Origin: Phycisphaerae bacterium
GTDB lineage: Bacteria > Planctomycetota > Phycisphaerae > UBA1845
DNA: 64,000 nucleotides
Reading direction: 5' to 3'
Assembly: GCA_963666835.2 (NCBI GenBank)
Contig: CAXXGO010000006.1
Coordinates: forward strand, 2,176,001 to 2,240,000
The translations under genes were made by a program, and so were the position numbers. Positions 40,962 through 51,400 of this stretch are shown one piece after another. The notes beneath the pieces were generated by a model. The model saw only the letters and a program-made list of their open reading frames with translations, made no database searches and was not told where the DNA came from. Position 1 is the first letter of the stretch; each line of letters starts with the position of its first letter.

Positions 40962-42080
40962 CTAGCAAGCTTGTCCGGTTGATAACTTGGTAGGGGCGGC
41001 GGCGCTTCGCAGGCCGATCCATAAGGCCGCGGTGGATGCAACGACGAGGCCGAAGGCGATCCACGGATCGCGCAGAATCTCGCCGAATTGCGTGAATACG
41101 GGGAACGCCCCGGCCATCAACGCCAGGCAGGTCATTCCGAACGCGAAGGCGGGTTTGCCGGGGAACCCGGCGACGATCGTAACGAGAATCACCCCGGTGG
41201 GCATCTGGAACAGTAACATCCCCAAGGCGGCCACGTAGACGATCGGCGATCCGAACGACATTAAGGGGATCGAGATCAGCAGGGCGCCGACGGCCGCAGG
41301 TTTCCATCCGTACCGGTCGGCCAGGATCCCGCCGGAGGCCTTGCCTACTGCGGCGGCGAGTGCCAAAAGCATGGCCCCAGAGACAGTCGGCTTCGCCGCG
41401 ATTACGGCGGTCAAGCCCACCAGCGACCGAATGACGGTTGAAAAGAGCAGCAACACGATGACTGCATCGGAGATTGTCGATTCGCAAGGCTCAGTGATCT
41501 TACTTCGAGGCGCCGGGTCCGCGCCGGAACGGAGAATGACGGCGCCGGCCACCAACAGCAACGCCCCGGTTACAAATGGCAGAAGAGGCATCTGCGGACC
41601 CATCGTTACTCCGAGAACCAGCCCCAGTGCCCCGGGGGCGATGAAGATCCCCGGGGCCGCGCATCGCTTTGGAGTGAGGTTCAGGCTGAGCGATCCGGCG
41701 CCGACGTGGAACATGGCGTTTCCGACGCCGGCTACGCAGATTGACGATACCGGGAAAACGCCGACGGTGAGCACCGGCAGGGCGGTCAACAGGCACCCGC
41801 CAGCGGCCGCGAGCCGAGCAGAGTTCTTGCGATCCACGGCGAAGCCGACGAAGGGCTGGATTCCGAAAGCCAGAAAATCATAGGCCATGACCAGAGACCA
41901 GGCGGCCAGAGCGCTGAAGTCGTGTTGCGTTAACGTCTTAAAGAGGATCGCCGCGCACGAGGCGTCTATTAAGAAGTGAGCCACGGAGTAAGCGGCCAAG
42001 CTGCGGCCGGTGTTCTCTGTCGCGGTAGTGGCCGCTCGGGGCGTTGTGCGGCAGGCTATGTCCAAAGCGGGATGTACCAA
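40962..42080 (-). CDS. MFS-like multi-pass membrane protein
   Basis: About 12 hydrophobic segments; HFLID, QP..G..VD, GNAMFHVG, GGILADRYG. Confidence 0.75.
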   Translation of the reverse strand: MVHPALDIACRTTPRAATTATENTGRSLAAYSVAHFLIDASCAAILFKTLTQHDFSALAAWSLVMAYDFLAFGIQPFVGFAVDRKNSARLAAAGGCLLTALPVLTVGVFPVSSICVAGVGNAMFHVGAGSLSLNLTPKRCAAPGIFIAPGALGLVLGVTMGPQMPLLPFVTGALLLVAGAVILRSGADPAPRSKITEPCESTISDAVIVLLLFSTVIRSLVGLTAVIAAKPTVSGAMLLALAAAVGKASGGILADRYGWKPAAVGALLISIPLMSFGSPIVYVAALGMLLFQMPTGVILVTIVAGFPGKPAFAFGMTCLALMAGAFPVFTQFGEILRDPWIAFGLVVASTAALWIGLRSAAAPTKLSTGQAC

Positions 42081-42442
42081 AGTTCACCAAAGGCAAACGA
42101 CGCCAGGTTTGCTACGACGATAGTAGCATAATCGTGCGCCAAGGTGGCGCGGGGCAAGCCCTGTTTGCGGTGGAAAGCCGCCCAAAACAACAGGCATTCC
42201 GAGGCCGGGGCGAAGGTCTCGGCCACCAGAAGATACGTCAGCCGGTCCCCGGCGGGAGAGAAGAAATACGGCAAGACGACAACGACAATCGGGTAGCTGC
42301 AGCTCGTAAGCCAGGCTCCGGCGAACAAACGGTGCCGCCATGGATGTCGCGGCGAAAGCGCTGCCATCAATAACGGAGTCTCGATCAGAACGGTTAACGC
42401 GAAGCCGATCAGAGGCTGCAACCAATACACCATCGAGTTCAT
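42056..42442 (-). CDS. Small four-TM membrane protein
   Basis: LTVLIE, AE....SE, ANLASF; overlaps the next gene. Confidence 0.7.
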   Translation of the reverse strand: MNSMVYWLQPLIGFALTVLIETPLLMAALSPRHPWRHRLFAGAWLTSCSYPIVVVVLPYFFSPAGDRLTYLLVAETFAPASECLLFWAAFHRKQGLPRATLAHDYATIVVANLASFAFGELWYIPLWT

Positions 42443-42493
42443 CAGCCGGGCTTTCCCTACGCCGCTGCCCGCCGTGGAGCTTCCCCGCTTCGC

Positions 42494-42730
42494 CTACTTG
42501 CGGCGCCGCCGGGAATGCAGCGCAAGAAAGCCGGTCCCCACGAGCAACAACGATAGTATTCCGGCGCCTATCGCTCCGCACGTAGCGGACGAACCCGAAA
42601 CGATCGGAGAGGGTACGTCCGCCCATGCGGGATTCGCCAACGCCACAATTGCCAACCCCGCAAACAGGCGGGTGCTGCCCCGGAACAAGCGTCGCGAACC
42701 TCGCCGGTCGTCATGGGGTAGTATTCGCAT
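42494..42730 (-). CDS. Small exported peptide with C-terminal CG-TM-RRRRK tail
   Basis: AAGGAG RBS; signal peptide ...NPAWA|D; TCG, TM segment, RRRRK. Confidence 0.6.
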   Translation of the reverse strand: MRILPHDDRRGSRRLFRGSTRLFAGLAIVALANPAWADVPSPIVSGSSATCGAIGAGILSLLLVGTGFLALHSRRRRK

Positions 42731-43011
42731 GATAGACTCCTTCCGTTTCGTTTATCTGCTGCGCTGAAGTCCAACCACAAGGTGCCGCGCCGAGCGTTAT
42801 CAAGCCTGTATGCTCGGCCCTGTTCGCGGTCGATCGCGCTCAACCATGTGCGAATCAACACTGCAACCATACGCGGCACGAAGTGTCCATGCAACTACGC
42901 AAGGAACACCCCGGTGCCGCGTGGGGCGTTGTTTCCGGTGGGGGCGGAGGGTACGATGTCCATGCTTCACGGCGAGACCGCGTGACCTTGGATCCCGCGA
43001 AAGGAGTTGCG

Positions 43012-43992
43012 ATGGCAGGGAAGAACAGAAAGGCGGAAAAGCACCGGCGGAAGCGCCAGGCGAAGAAGAACGAGGGCCGGATCCGGGCATTGCGGATGGA
43101 GAGCCGCATGAAGAGTGATGCCTGTGTTCTGTATGCTTGTACGGCCAATCGGTACTGGCGGGAGAACGGAGAAGCGACGATTCTGGTGGCGCGCTCGGTT
43201 GGCCCGGGGCGGGTGACCATGGCCGCGTTTCTCGTGGACATCTGGGCGATGGGGCTAAAGGACGCCTGGGGACGGGTCGACATTCCGGTCGGCGAGTTTG
43301 ACGACATGCGTGCCAGACTTTCCCGTGATCTTGACTCGGCACCGCTCGATATTGGCACCGCTCGACACCTGGTTTTCGGAGGGATAGAGCTGGCCACCGA
43401 GCTGGGTTTTCGGTTGCCCCGGCGGTACGAGAGGTGGACGGCGATCCTGGGGCCCTTGCCCGATGGGGAAGCGCCGGACATGAGCCTGTTTCTGGCGGAC
43501 GGGCGCATTCGCCTGATCTGCAGTCAACGGGATCTCGAGGCTCGGTTGGTCGGTAGCAGCATCGAGACATTCCTGCAGCGTCCGGATGTCGACTTGATGA
43601 TGGGTTCCGATGACTTCACGCTGGTTGATGAGGACAAGGATGGTCTTGATGACACCTTGTCGTTGCTCGAGGACCGGATGCTCAACGCCGCCAAGGAGTG
43701 GTGTTTTGCCAATGGGCAGAGCCCGCATCCGCGTCTGGAGGATGTGGTAGGTGCGGCGGTCGAGGCGATGGTTCAGAATATCCCGGAGGGTATCGACGAG
43801 GATGAGCTGGAGGCCATTCCCCAAGAGGCCCATGAGGTAGTCAGTGATCAGATCGCCTCGTTCGTTCGGGCAACCGGACACGACGACCCCGAAGGTATGA
43901 TCGCGGCCACGGCACAGTTCGAGGAGTTCATTCGGGGTACCGAATCACCGGAGAAGTTCATGGAACTTCTGAGCTTGCCGGACCCGCCGTAG
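43012..43992 (+). CDS. Hypothetical protein
   Basis: AAGGAG RBS; basic N-terminus, FLVD...GLKDA motif, acidic C-terminus. Confidence 0.7.
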   Translation: MAGKNRKAEKHRRKRQAKKNEGRIRALRMESRMKSDACVLYACTANRYWRENGEATILVARSVGPGRVTMAAFLVDIWAMGLKDAWGRVDIPVGEFDDMRARLSRDLDSAPLDIGTARHLVFGGIELATELGFRLPRRYERWTAILGPLPDGEAPDMSLFLADGRIRLICSQRDLEARLVGSSIETFLQRPDVDLMMGSDDFTLVDEDKDGLDDTLSLLEDRMLNAAKEWCFANGQSPHPRLEDVVGAAVEAMVQNIPEGIDEDELEAIPQEAHEVVSDQIASFVRATGHDDPEGMIAATAQFEEFIRGTESPEKFMELLSLPDPP

Positions 43993-44544
43993 AATGCCGG
44001 GGCATACCGGACCATCGTTCGCGCGCGGGGTGGTTGACGCGGGTATCTGTTGGGCTGTTAGGCTCGCGACAAGTTGAGACGCAGCAAGTTGGCGAGGACT
44101 TGCTCTTCAACCTGGTTGCGACGGTCGGTCAGCTCGTGTCCCTCGGACAGTGCTCGCCCGGCGCCGGTCTCTACCCAGACTTCGGCCCAGTCTTCATCCC
44201 ATCCCCCGTCGGAGTCGACGGCTTCATAAGCGGCCAGCACAGCGCGATCGAGCTTCTCGTGCGCAAGCCGAAGCCAGGTGGGGCGTTCGTTGTAGAGGTT
44301 GGTCAAAGTGCGTCTCTTCAGGTTGGGGTCTTTGGCGGCCGCCGCGTCGATTGCCGACTGCCGGATCAGGCGCCGAGCCTCCTCGCCGCTGACGCGGGCG
44401 ACGTCGGCGAAATCGTCCTCGGCGTCGATTTGCGCGGCGATTTCCGCGATCCACTCGGGCGGATTGAGCCAGCGCTCGCGTTGCTCGTTGAGTTCACGGG
44501 CGGCTTCGGATATGCGATGCCACGCATCAGACTCCGCGCCGTTT

Positions 44545-44850
44545 GCGCCGGTGTCACCCCCTGAGCCGCGACGTTTGTTCCCTGAGCCGCGCCATTCATG
44601 TCGCGCGGTGTTTCGACATTCATGTCGCGCGGCGTCTTGGCACTCGTTTTGCGCGGAGTCGCGAGAATCATGTTGTGAGGAACACGGTTCGGGTGCGGTA
44701 TCCGGCGCGGTATGGATGTTACGGGCGGCATCGGTGTTCCGCGCGGCATGAATGCCGCGGCTCGGGTCTATGCCGCGGCTCGGGTTTATGCCGCGGCTCG
44801 GGTTTACGTCGGTGCTCGGGTCTATGCCGGGGTTCGGGTCGGATGGGATT
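44545..44850. mobile_element. In-frame non-autonomous REPIN/MITE-like insertion made of the same palindrome family plus 18 bp tandem repeats
   Basis: GAGCCGCGCCATTCATGTCGCGCGG (44584) and inverted CCGCGCGGCATGAATGCCGCGGCTC (44739-44763); ATGCCGCGGCTCGGGT(C/T)T x3 plus 2 degenerate copies. Confidence 0.75.
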
Positions 44851-45909
44851 ACGGGCTCTTTGCCGGGGGCCCAGGGGAGCGGAAACGTCTCGAAACAGGT
44901 TGTCGGGGTGTAGCGAGGTCTGTCCTCAAGCTGGGTTCCCTGGCGTAGTGCCCAAAGCTCGTGAATGCTACTGTGCAGGACACCGAAGAAGTAATCGTCC
45001 GAACGAGCAAAGGCGATCAACTGGTGATCGGGGAGGACTTGTCCAGACAAGATCTTGAAGAGGCGAAACTTTGTGAGGTTAGGTGTTGCGAGGAAACGGT
45101 TGCTCGGAAGAGCCTCGCGCATTGCGGGGCGGGGTTCAACGTGGAGCCACCAGCGCGCGGCGTACGAGGCCCGCCTATTATCTTTACGCGTGGGCCAGAC
45201 GCGTGCTTGGACGAGCGCGAGCGGTTGTTCGTATCCGGCGGCCTGCTCCAGGGTCATGTCACAGCCGAAGTCCACGATCCACATTGCACGAATGCGCTTG
45301 CTGATGTCGCTGCCGTTGGCCCATGGTCTCAGTGTGTCGGCATTGGCGCGACCGTTTGGGTTCGGTTGCCCGAGCATTAGTCGGGCTTCGGTCGGGGCGA
45401 TGTCGAATTTCCCGCCTTTTGTGTCGCCCATGTAGGCGAGGTTCTGATTTTCGCGGAGGACATTCGCTTTTGTGGCGTCCACAGTTGAGGTCAGGTCGGC
45501 GTTGATTCTCTCCGCGGAGATTCCGTCGAGGGTTGGCGGGGTTTCCTGACCACTGCCGAACCCCACAATCGATACATGCACGGCGGCGCCGTCGAGGACC
45601 CACTGGCGGTCGGACCATGCCATGAAGATGTCGCCGGTCTGCTTGATTCGCTCGAGGACGGTTCGGTTGGCGCCGCCGCGGATACCTTGGGTGGCCAGGA
45701 GACCGGCGCGAACGTTCGGCTGTTTCTCGATTACACGGCGGGCGAGTTCAAACCAATAGCAGCACAGGTCCGAGGTGTTCGGCAGGTCGAATGCCTCGTA
45801 TAACGCCTGAATGTACTCGTCCTCCAGCCCTTGCTGGCGGAACAGTTTGGAACCGAGAAACGGCGGGTTGCCGATTATGAACTCGGCTTCGGGCCATTGG
45901 GCGGGTCGC

Positions 45910-46710
45910 GGTGTCTGATCCGCGCCGCTCGCGCCCACCTGATCCGAGCAGCTCGCGCGTGCCCCACCAGCGACAGTCACCCCCTCCCGAGCCGCGACAT
46001 TTATGTCGCGCGGCAGGCAATGCTCTCGATTCACGACATTCATGTCGCGTGGCGTATTGAGATCCACGTCACGTGGATCGTGCTCCAATGCCAGCAGAAT
46101 CGACGGCTGGTCGCGGACGTAATTCACCGCGTTCTCATTCGCGCGGCCGTCACGCAGCAGGCGGCGAGAGCCGCTTGCGGTCCACCAGGAACCGGACGGC
46201 TGACGACCGAAGCGTTGACCTAAACGGCGCGAAGATACGCCCTTGAAGAGATTCAGCAGGCGGGGGCCTTCGTCCTCGTCCGACGCGACGACCAGGTGGA
46301 CGTGCGTGGCCATGATTGCCCCGGCGTGGATGGTGAGATTGTATTTGTCGCAGACTTCACGAAAGGCGGCCGCGCAGATCTCAGCCGCAGCGCGGTCGAG
46401 TCTGACGGGCGGGCCCTTCTGCCGCGACAGGGCGGCCTTGCGGAGGGCGGGTTCGTCGGCGTCGTAGGGTTCGCCGGGAATGTTGTGGATGACGTGACCG
46501 CCGTCGCCGTCCGGGACGCGACTGACGAATCCGCGTTCGTCGCCGGGGAGCCACGTTCCGTAGGTTGTCCAGGTGAGAAGGTAGGTGCCGCCGCGGCGGA
46601 GATCCGCACGGCATGAACGCTGGGAGTCGGGCGGGTTTTTATCCGCACGGCATGAATGCCGTGGCTCGGGGGCGTGACATGAATGCCGGGGGTCGGGGGG
46701 AGTCGGGGGG
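45910..46710 (-). mobile_element. In-frame IS200/RAYT-like HUH (Y1) transposase domain (46107-46586) flanked by inverted palindromic repeats
   Basis: YLLTWTTYGTWLPGD, MATHVHLVV (HUH, 46296-46304), FKGVSSR, WW..S, AVNYVRDQ (YxxxQ); flanks GAGCCGCGACATTTATGTCGCGCGG (45989) and inverted CCGCACGGCATGAATGCCGTGGCTC (46643-46667). Confidence 0.85.
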
Positions 46711-48411
46711 ATGTCGAGGATTGCGTCGCGGCATTCTATTGTTCTCAACGGTTCCAGGATCGGATCGGAGGGAGCTTTGAACCCGTTGTCACGCATCCAT
46801 TGGAGATAGCCTATCCAGATCGCTACTTGGGCCAGCTCGGCGGCGTAGGGGTTGATCTCCAGGCCGTAGAGTTGCGTCGGACGGACCTGCGGGATCAGAC
46901 CCGCGGCGATGTCCGGCCGTGCGGCGAAGGTGATTACCTCCTTTTCGAGGTTCAGAAGCTGCTGGATGGCGACGTACAGAAAGTTGCCCGACCCGCACGC
47001 CGGATCGAGGATTCGGATGGTCGAGAGACGCTCGACGAAATCTTGCAGGAGCTAGGCGGCCGCCCGGTCGGCCTTCTTACGGGTATTCGAGGTTTTGGCC
47101 TTTGTTCGTCGTTCGAGTTGGGCTTCGACCTTGGCCTGGACGTTTGCCCATTCCCGACGGAGCGGGGCCATCACCACCGGCTCGACCACGAGCATGATGT
47201 CCTCCCGGCTGGTGTAGTGGGCACCGATCTGGGCGCGGGTATTGGGGTCGAGCGAGCGCTCGAAGAGGGTTCCGAAAATAGCAGGCTCGACGCTGGCCCA
47301 ATCCTGCCTGGCCGCGGTGATGAGGAGATCGACCTCTCCGATCATCAACTCCAAAGCCGGGGCGTCGTCGAACAAGCCGCCGTTGAAAGTCGGGATGTCT
47401 TCGACGCCCAAGCTGCCGCCGGAACGCATGTTGTCAAAAAGAACCGTGAGGTCTTGCGTCAGCCGCTCCGGGTTGCTCCGCCGGTTTCGCAGGAGTCGCT
47501 CGAACAGTTTATCCGGCAGCAGCCCGACATCCTCGGCGAAGAGGCAGAACATGCACTTCATGAGGAAGTGGGCGGCGATGTGCGGATCGTGGTCTCGATC
47601 GCGCAATGCCTGGGCCAGTGTGCCGAACTGTCGGGCGATCCCCTCGGTGACCGTCTCGGAAGTCAGGTTCGGCCTCAGCGACGCCGGATCGGTGAAGACC
47701 CGGCGGAGCAGGTCGATCGACTCGGCCTCGGCCAAACGGTCGAGTTCGATGACGTGGATCTGCTTGGCCGTGCCGGTGAAGTTGGTGTGAATCTCCGTAC
47801 GGGCGATGTCACTGACGATCAGCAGCGGCGGGTTCTCCAACGCCTCGCGGTATTGGCAGAGCTGGCGGTATGCCTCGCCGAGGTCGCGATACTTGCCCTT
47901 CCGCTTGTATTCCCAGGCGAACTTGCCGCGCCACCATACGTCGGCAAAGCCCCGCTCGCCGCGCGTTCCTTTGGACGCCGGCCCGCTTACGGCCACACCC
48001 TTCTCGAAGGTGTACTCGGCGCCCGTGGCGTCATGCCCGGCTGGAGTCGGCTGGCCGAGCATCCGGCACAGGTCGAGGAAGTGCTCCTGGCTGGCGGCCC
48101 GCTCGGAAAGCGTCACGCGAGACCACTTGGCGGTGAATGCAGAGGGTGTAAGTTCGGTAGTCATACAGGTTATTGTGCTCCAGAACAGCAAAGGTGTCGA
48201 GTGGGTCGGTGAATCTCTCGAGTGACGACGGACGACGGCTGTGCCGCTACTCGAGGACAACGTAGCGAGATGGATGTCGCCCAGCAGGTCAAGCCGGCGA
48301 GTTGCAGGACGGTTCCTCCCCGTTCGCACGAACTTCCCTCTGTCCCTCCTTGGTAAGGGGGGAAGTAAGACCATCGGCACGCGTCTAAGGCACGATATCG
48401 GTTTCGCCGGT

Positions 48412-51400
48412 CTAAACGGCGGTGGTGTCGCCGCGGGCGAGGGTTAGGGGGATAACTCGCTTCTGGGTGCCTAAGACGCATACGGCTTGCGGCCCGACCA
48501 ATTGAACGAGCTTATTCAGAAGTTCCGGGCGGCACCGGACTTTCAAAGAGGCATGGCATTGGATCTGGGCGATGAACTTGTCGGCGGTTTCGACGTTCAG
48601 ATAGACGGGGCATTCCCCCGCCGACGTCCTAAGCAGTGACACCAGCTCGTCAACGGGGGTATCGGGTTTGACGTTGACCAGCAGGGCCTGGGCGAGTTCC
48701 TGGCACGCTTCATCAGCTTCGATTACGCGGGTCGTTCGGATGGACGGCTCTTCGCGTTTGCGATCCACCGTCCCTTGCACGAAGACGACCGAGTCGGGGG
48801 CGAGGATTGCCTGATATTTGGGGAGGTCGTCGGGGAATACGACCGCTTCGACGCGACCCTGCAGATCTTCCAAAGCTATGATACCCAAACGCTTGCCGGA
48901 ATTACGCCCGTTTCTTGCCACTACGGTTCGGAGATTGGAGACCATCCCGCCGACCACCACTTCCGTGCCGTCTTCGAACTCACTCAGCTTTGCTGTCGAG
49001 GTCGTGGCACATGCCTGGATCCGGCGTTCGTGGCTCGCCAGCGGATGGCGGGTGATATAGAGGCCCAGCACCGCTTTCTCCCTGGCGAGCATCTCGGCTT
49101 CGGGCCACTCCGCGGAAGAGAGCTCCGGTTCCGGGGGAGTTGTGTCCGCCAGTCCCCCACCCATCCCGAACAGCCCCATCTGCCCGCTGCGCCGGTCGCT
49201 CTGTAGCTGTTGTCCGGCGGTGACGGCGCGATCTATGGCTTCGAACAGAGCCCGGCGCATCGCCCCGGTGCGATCGAAGGCTCCGGCACAAACAAGGGCT
49301 TCGATAGTGGCGCGATTGACGGCGGAGAGATCGACGCGTTCGCAGAAGTCGAAGAGGTTCTGGTAGGGCCCGTTCTGCTTACGTTCGTCGACCACGGCAT
49401 TCACTGCCTTGGTTCCGACACCTTTAAGGGCGCCCAGCCCGAACCGGATGACTCCCTTTGTCCGGATCTTCTTCGAGCCGCCGTCCGTCGGCGTGGCTGC
49501 GGCGATGAAATTCAGTTCCGACGCATTTACACAGGGCGGCTCAATCTCGATGCCCATCTCCCGGCACTCGTCACGATATTGGGCGATCTTGTCGGTGTTT
49601 GACATTTCCAGAGTCATGACCGCCGCCATGAACTCGACCGGGTAGTAGGTTTTCATCCACGCGGTCTGATAGGCAACCAGGGCGTAGCCCGTGGAGTGGG
49701 CCTTGTTGAAGGCGTACCCGCCGAACTTGAGAATGTCCTCGAACACTTCGTTGGCGACGTTGCGTTTCACGCCGCGGGCCTCGCACCCGTCGAGGAACGG
49801 GGTCCGCATCGCCTCGATCATCTCGGTCTTCTTCTTGCTGATCGCCTTGGCCAGGCGGAAGGCGGCTTTGAGTTCTATTCCGCCCAAGCGGTTCACCAGG
49901 CGCGACACCTGCTCCTGATAGACCATGATGCCGTAGGTTTCCTGCAGAACCTCGGTCATGATCGGGTGAGGCGTGGTCCAGTTGGCACCGTGCTTACGCC
50001 CGATGTACTCCGGAATGTACTCCATCGGTCCGGGACGGTAGAGGGCGTTGGCTGCGATAAGATCTTCGATGCGGTTCGGCTTCATCCGCATGAGCACATC
50101 ACGCATGCCCCCGGACTCGAACTGGAACACGCCCTGGGTATCGCCCCGGGCGAACAGGTCGTAGACCTTCTGATCGGTGAGATCCAGTTTCCCAAGATCA
50201 ATCTTCTCGGTGGTGCTTCGCTGGGCCAGTTCCCGGGCGTGCTCCAAAATGGTCAACGTGCGCAGGCCCAAAAAGTCCATTTTGAGCAGCCCGACCTTCT
50301 CCACCGTCGGGCCGTCGTATTGCGTGATTAGACCTTCCTGTCCGGCCGCCCGGTAGAGCGGAAGGAAGTTGTCCAGCGGCTGATCGGCGACGACGACCCC
50401 GGCGGCGTGAATCCCGGCGTTGCGGGCCAAACCTTCGAGTTTCCGTCCGATGTCCAGAACGTGTCTGATGGTGGCGTTGGTTTCGTATTGCTTGCGGAGT
50501 TCCGGCTCGCGTTCCAGGGCTTTATCCAGAGTGATCTTCAGTTCGGTTGGGATCAGCTTGGTTAGTTCGTTGGCCTGTTCGAAGCCGAGCCCCATCACCC
50601 GGGCGACGTCTTTAACGGCCGCCTTGGCCTTGAGTGTCCCAAAAGTGATGATCTGGGCGACGTGCCCGTACTTGCCCCGAACGTAGTCGATCAACTGCCC
50701 GCGCCCATACTGGCAGATGTCCAGATCGATGTCGGGCATTTCGTCCCGGTCGGGATCCATGAACCGCTCGAAGTAGAGCCCGTAGCGGATTGGATCGGGT
50801 GTGCTGATGTACAGGCAGAAGGCCACGACCGAGCTGCATCCGCTGCCACGAGCTCCGACCGGGATGCCGTGTTCTCTAGCATAGTTCACGCAATCCCAGA
50901 CGATCAGGAAGTAGCTGGCGAATCCCTTGCTCGTAATGACCTCGAGCTCGTAGTCGATTCGCTCACGCAGCTCCTGGGAAATCTCCCCGTAACGCTCGGT
51001 TGCTCCCTGGTAAACCAACTGCCGCAAATACTCGGCGGCCGTGAGCGGCTTACCCGCGTCATCCGTGATTTCCTCTGGGACGCGATAGACCGGGGCGTGG
51101 CGTTTGGAAAGATCCAGCTCCAAATTGCACAGGTCCGCCACCTGAACCGTGTTTGTGATCGTCTCGGGGTGATCCGGGAACAAGGCCGCCATTTCCTGGG
51201 GGCTTTTGAAATAGAACTGGTCGGCCGGGAATCTGAACCGGTCCTCATCGGTGAGCAGGCTGCCGGTGTTGATACAGCACAGGGCGTCATGAGCTTCGAC
51301 GTCGCTGTGGTCGAGATAGTGGACGTCGTTCGTGGCCACGGTCCGCACGCCCATCCGGTCGGCAAGGTCGAGCAGTTCGGGGTTCAGGGTCTTCTGTTCT

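Larger units (their letters stand above)
44058..48164 (-). pseudogene. MmeI-like type IIL restriction-modification fusion (nuclease, N6-adenine MTase, TRD) with one in-frame TAG at 47052-47054 and two in-frame insertions
   Basis: N-terminal GFADVW...WEYK; FNGGLF, FGTLFE, GAHYT; frame continues past the TAG into ILDPACGSGNFL (46986-47006) and joins ORF 46796-44058 containing GNPPF, YTPTTCFETFP, RTLTNLYN. Confidence 0.88.

Noticed and set aside
45910..46710. Intein in the methyltransferase
   Set aside because: No HN-C/S/T C-terminal junction or intein blocks visible; the motifs are HUH/Y1.
46683..48212. 509 aa plus-strand ORF
   Set aside because: Antisense shadow of the R-M gene in GC-rich DNA; no motifs.
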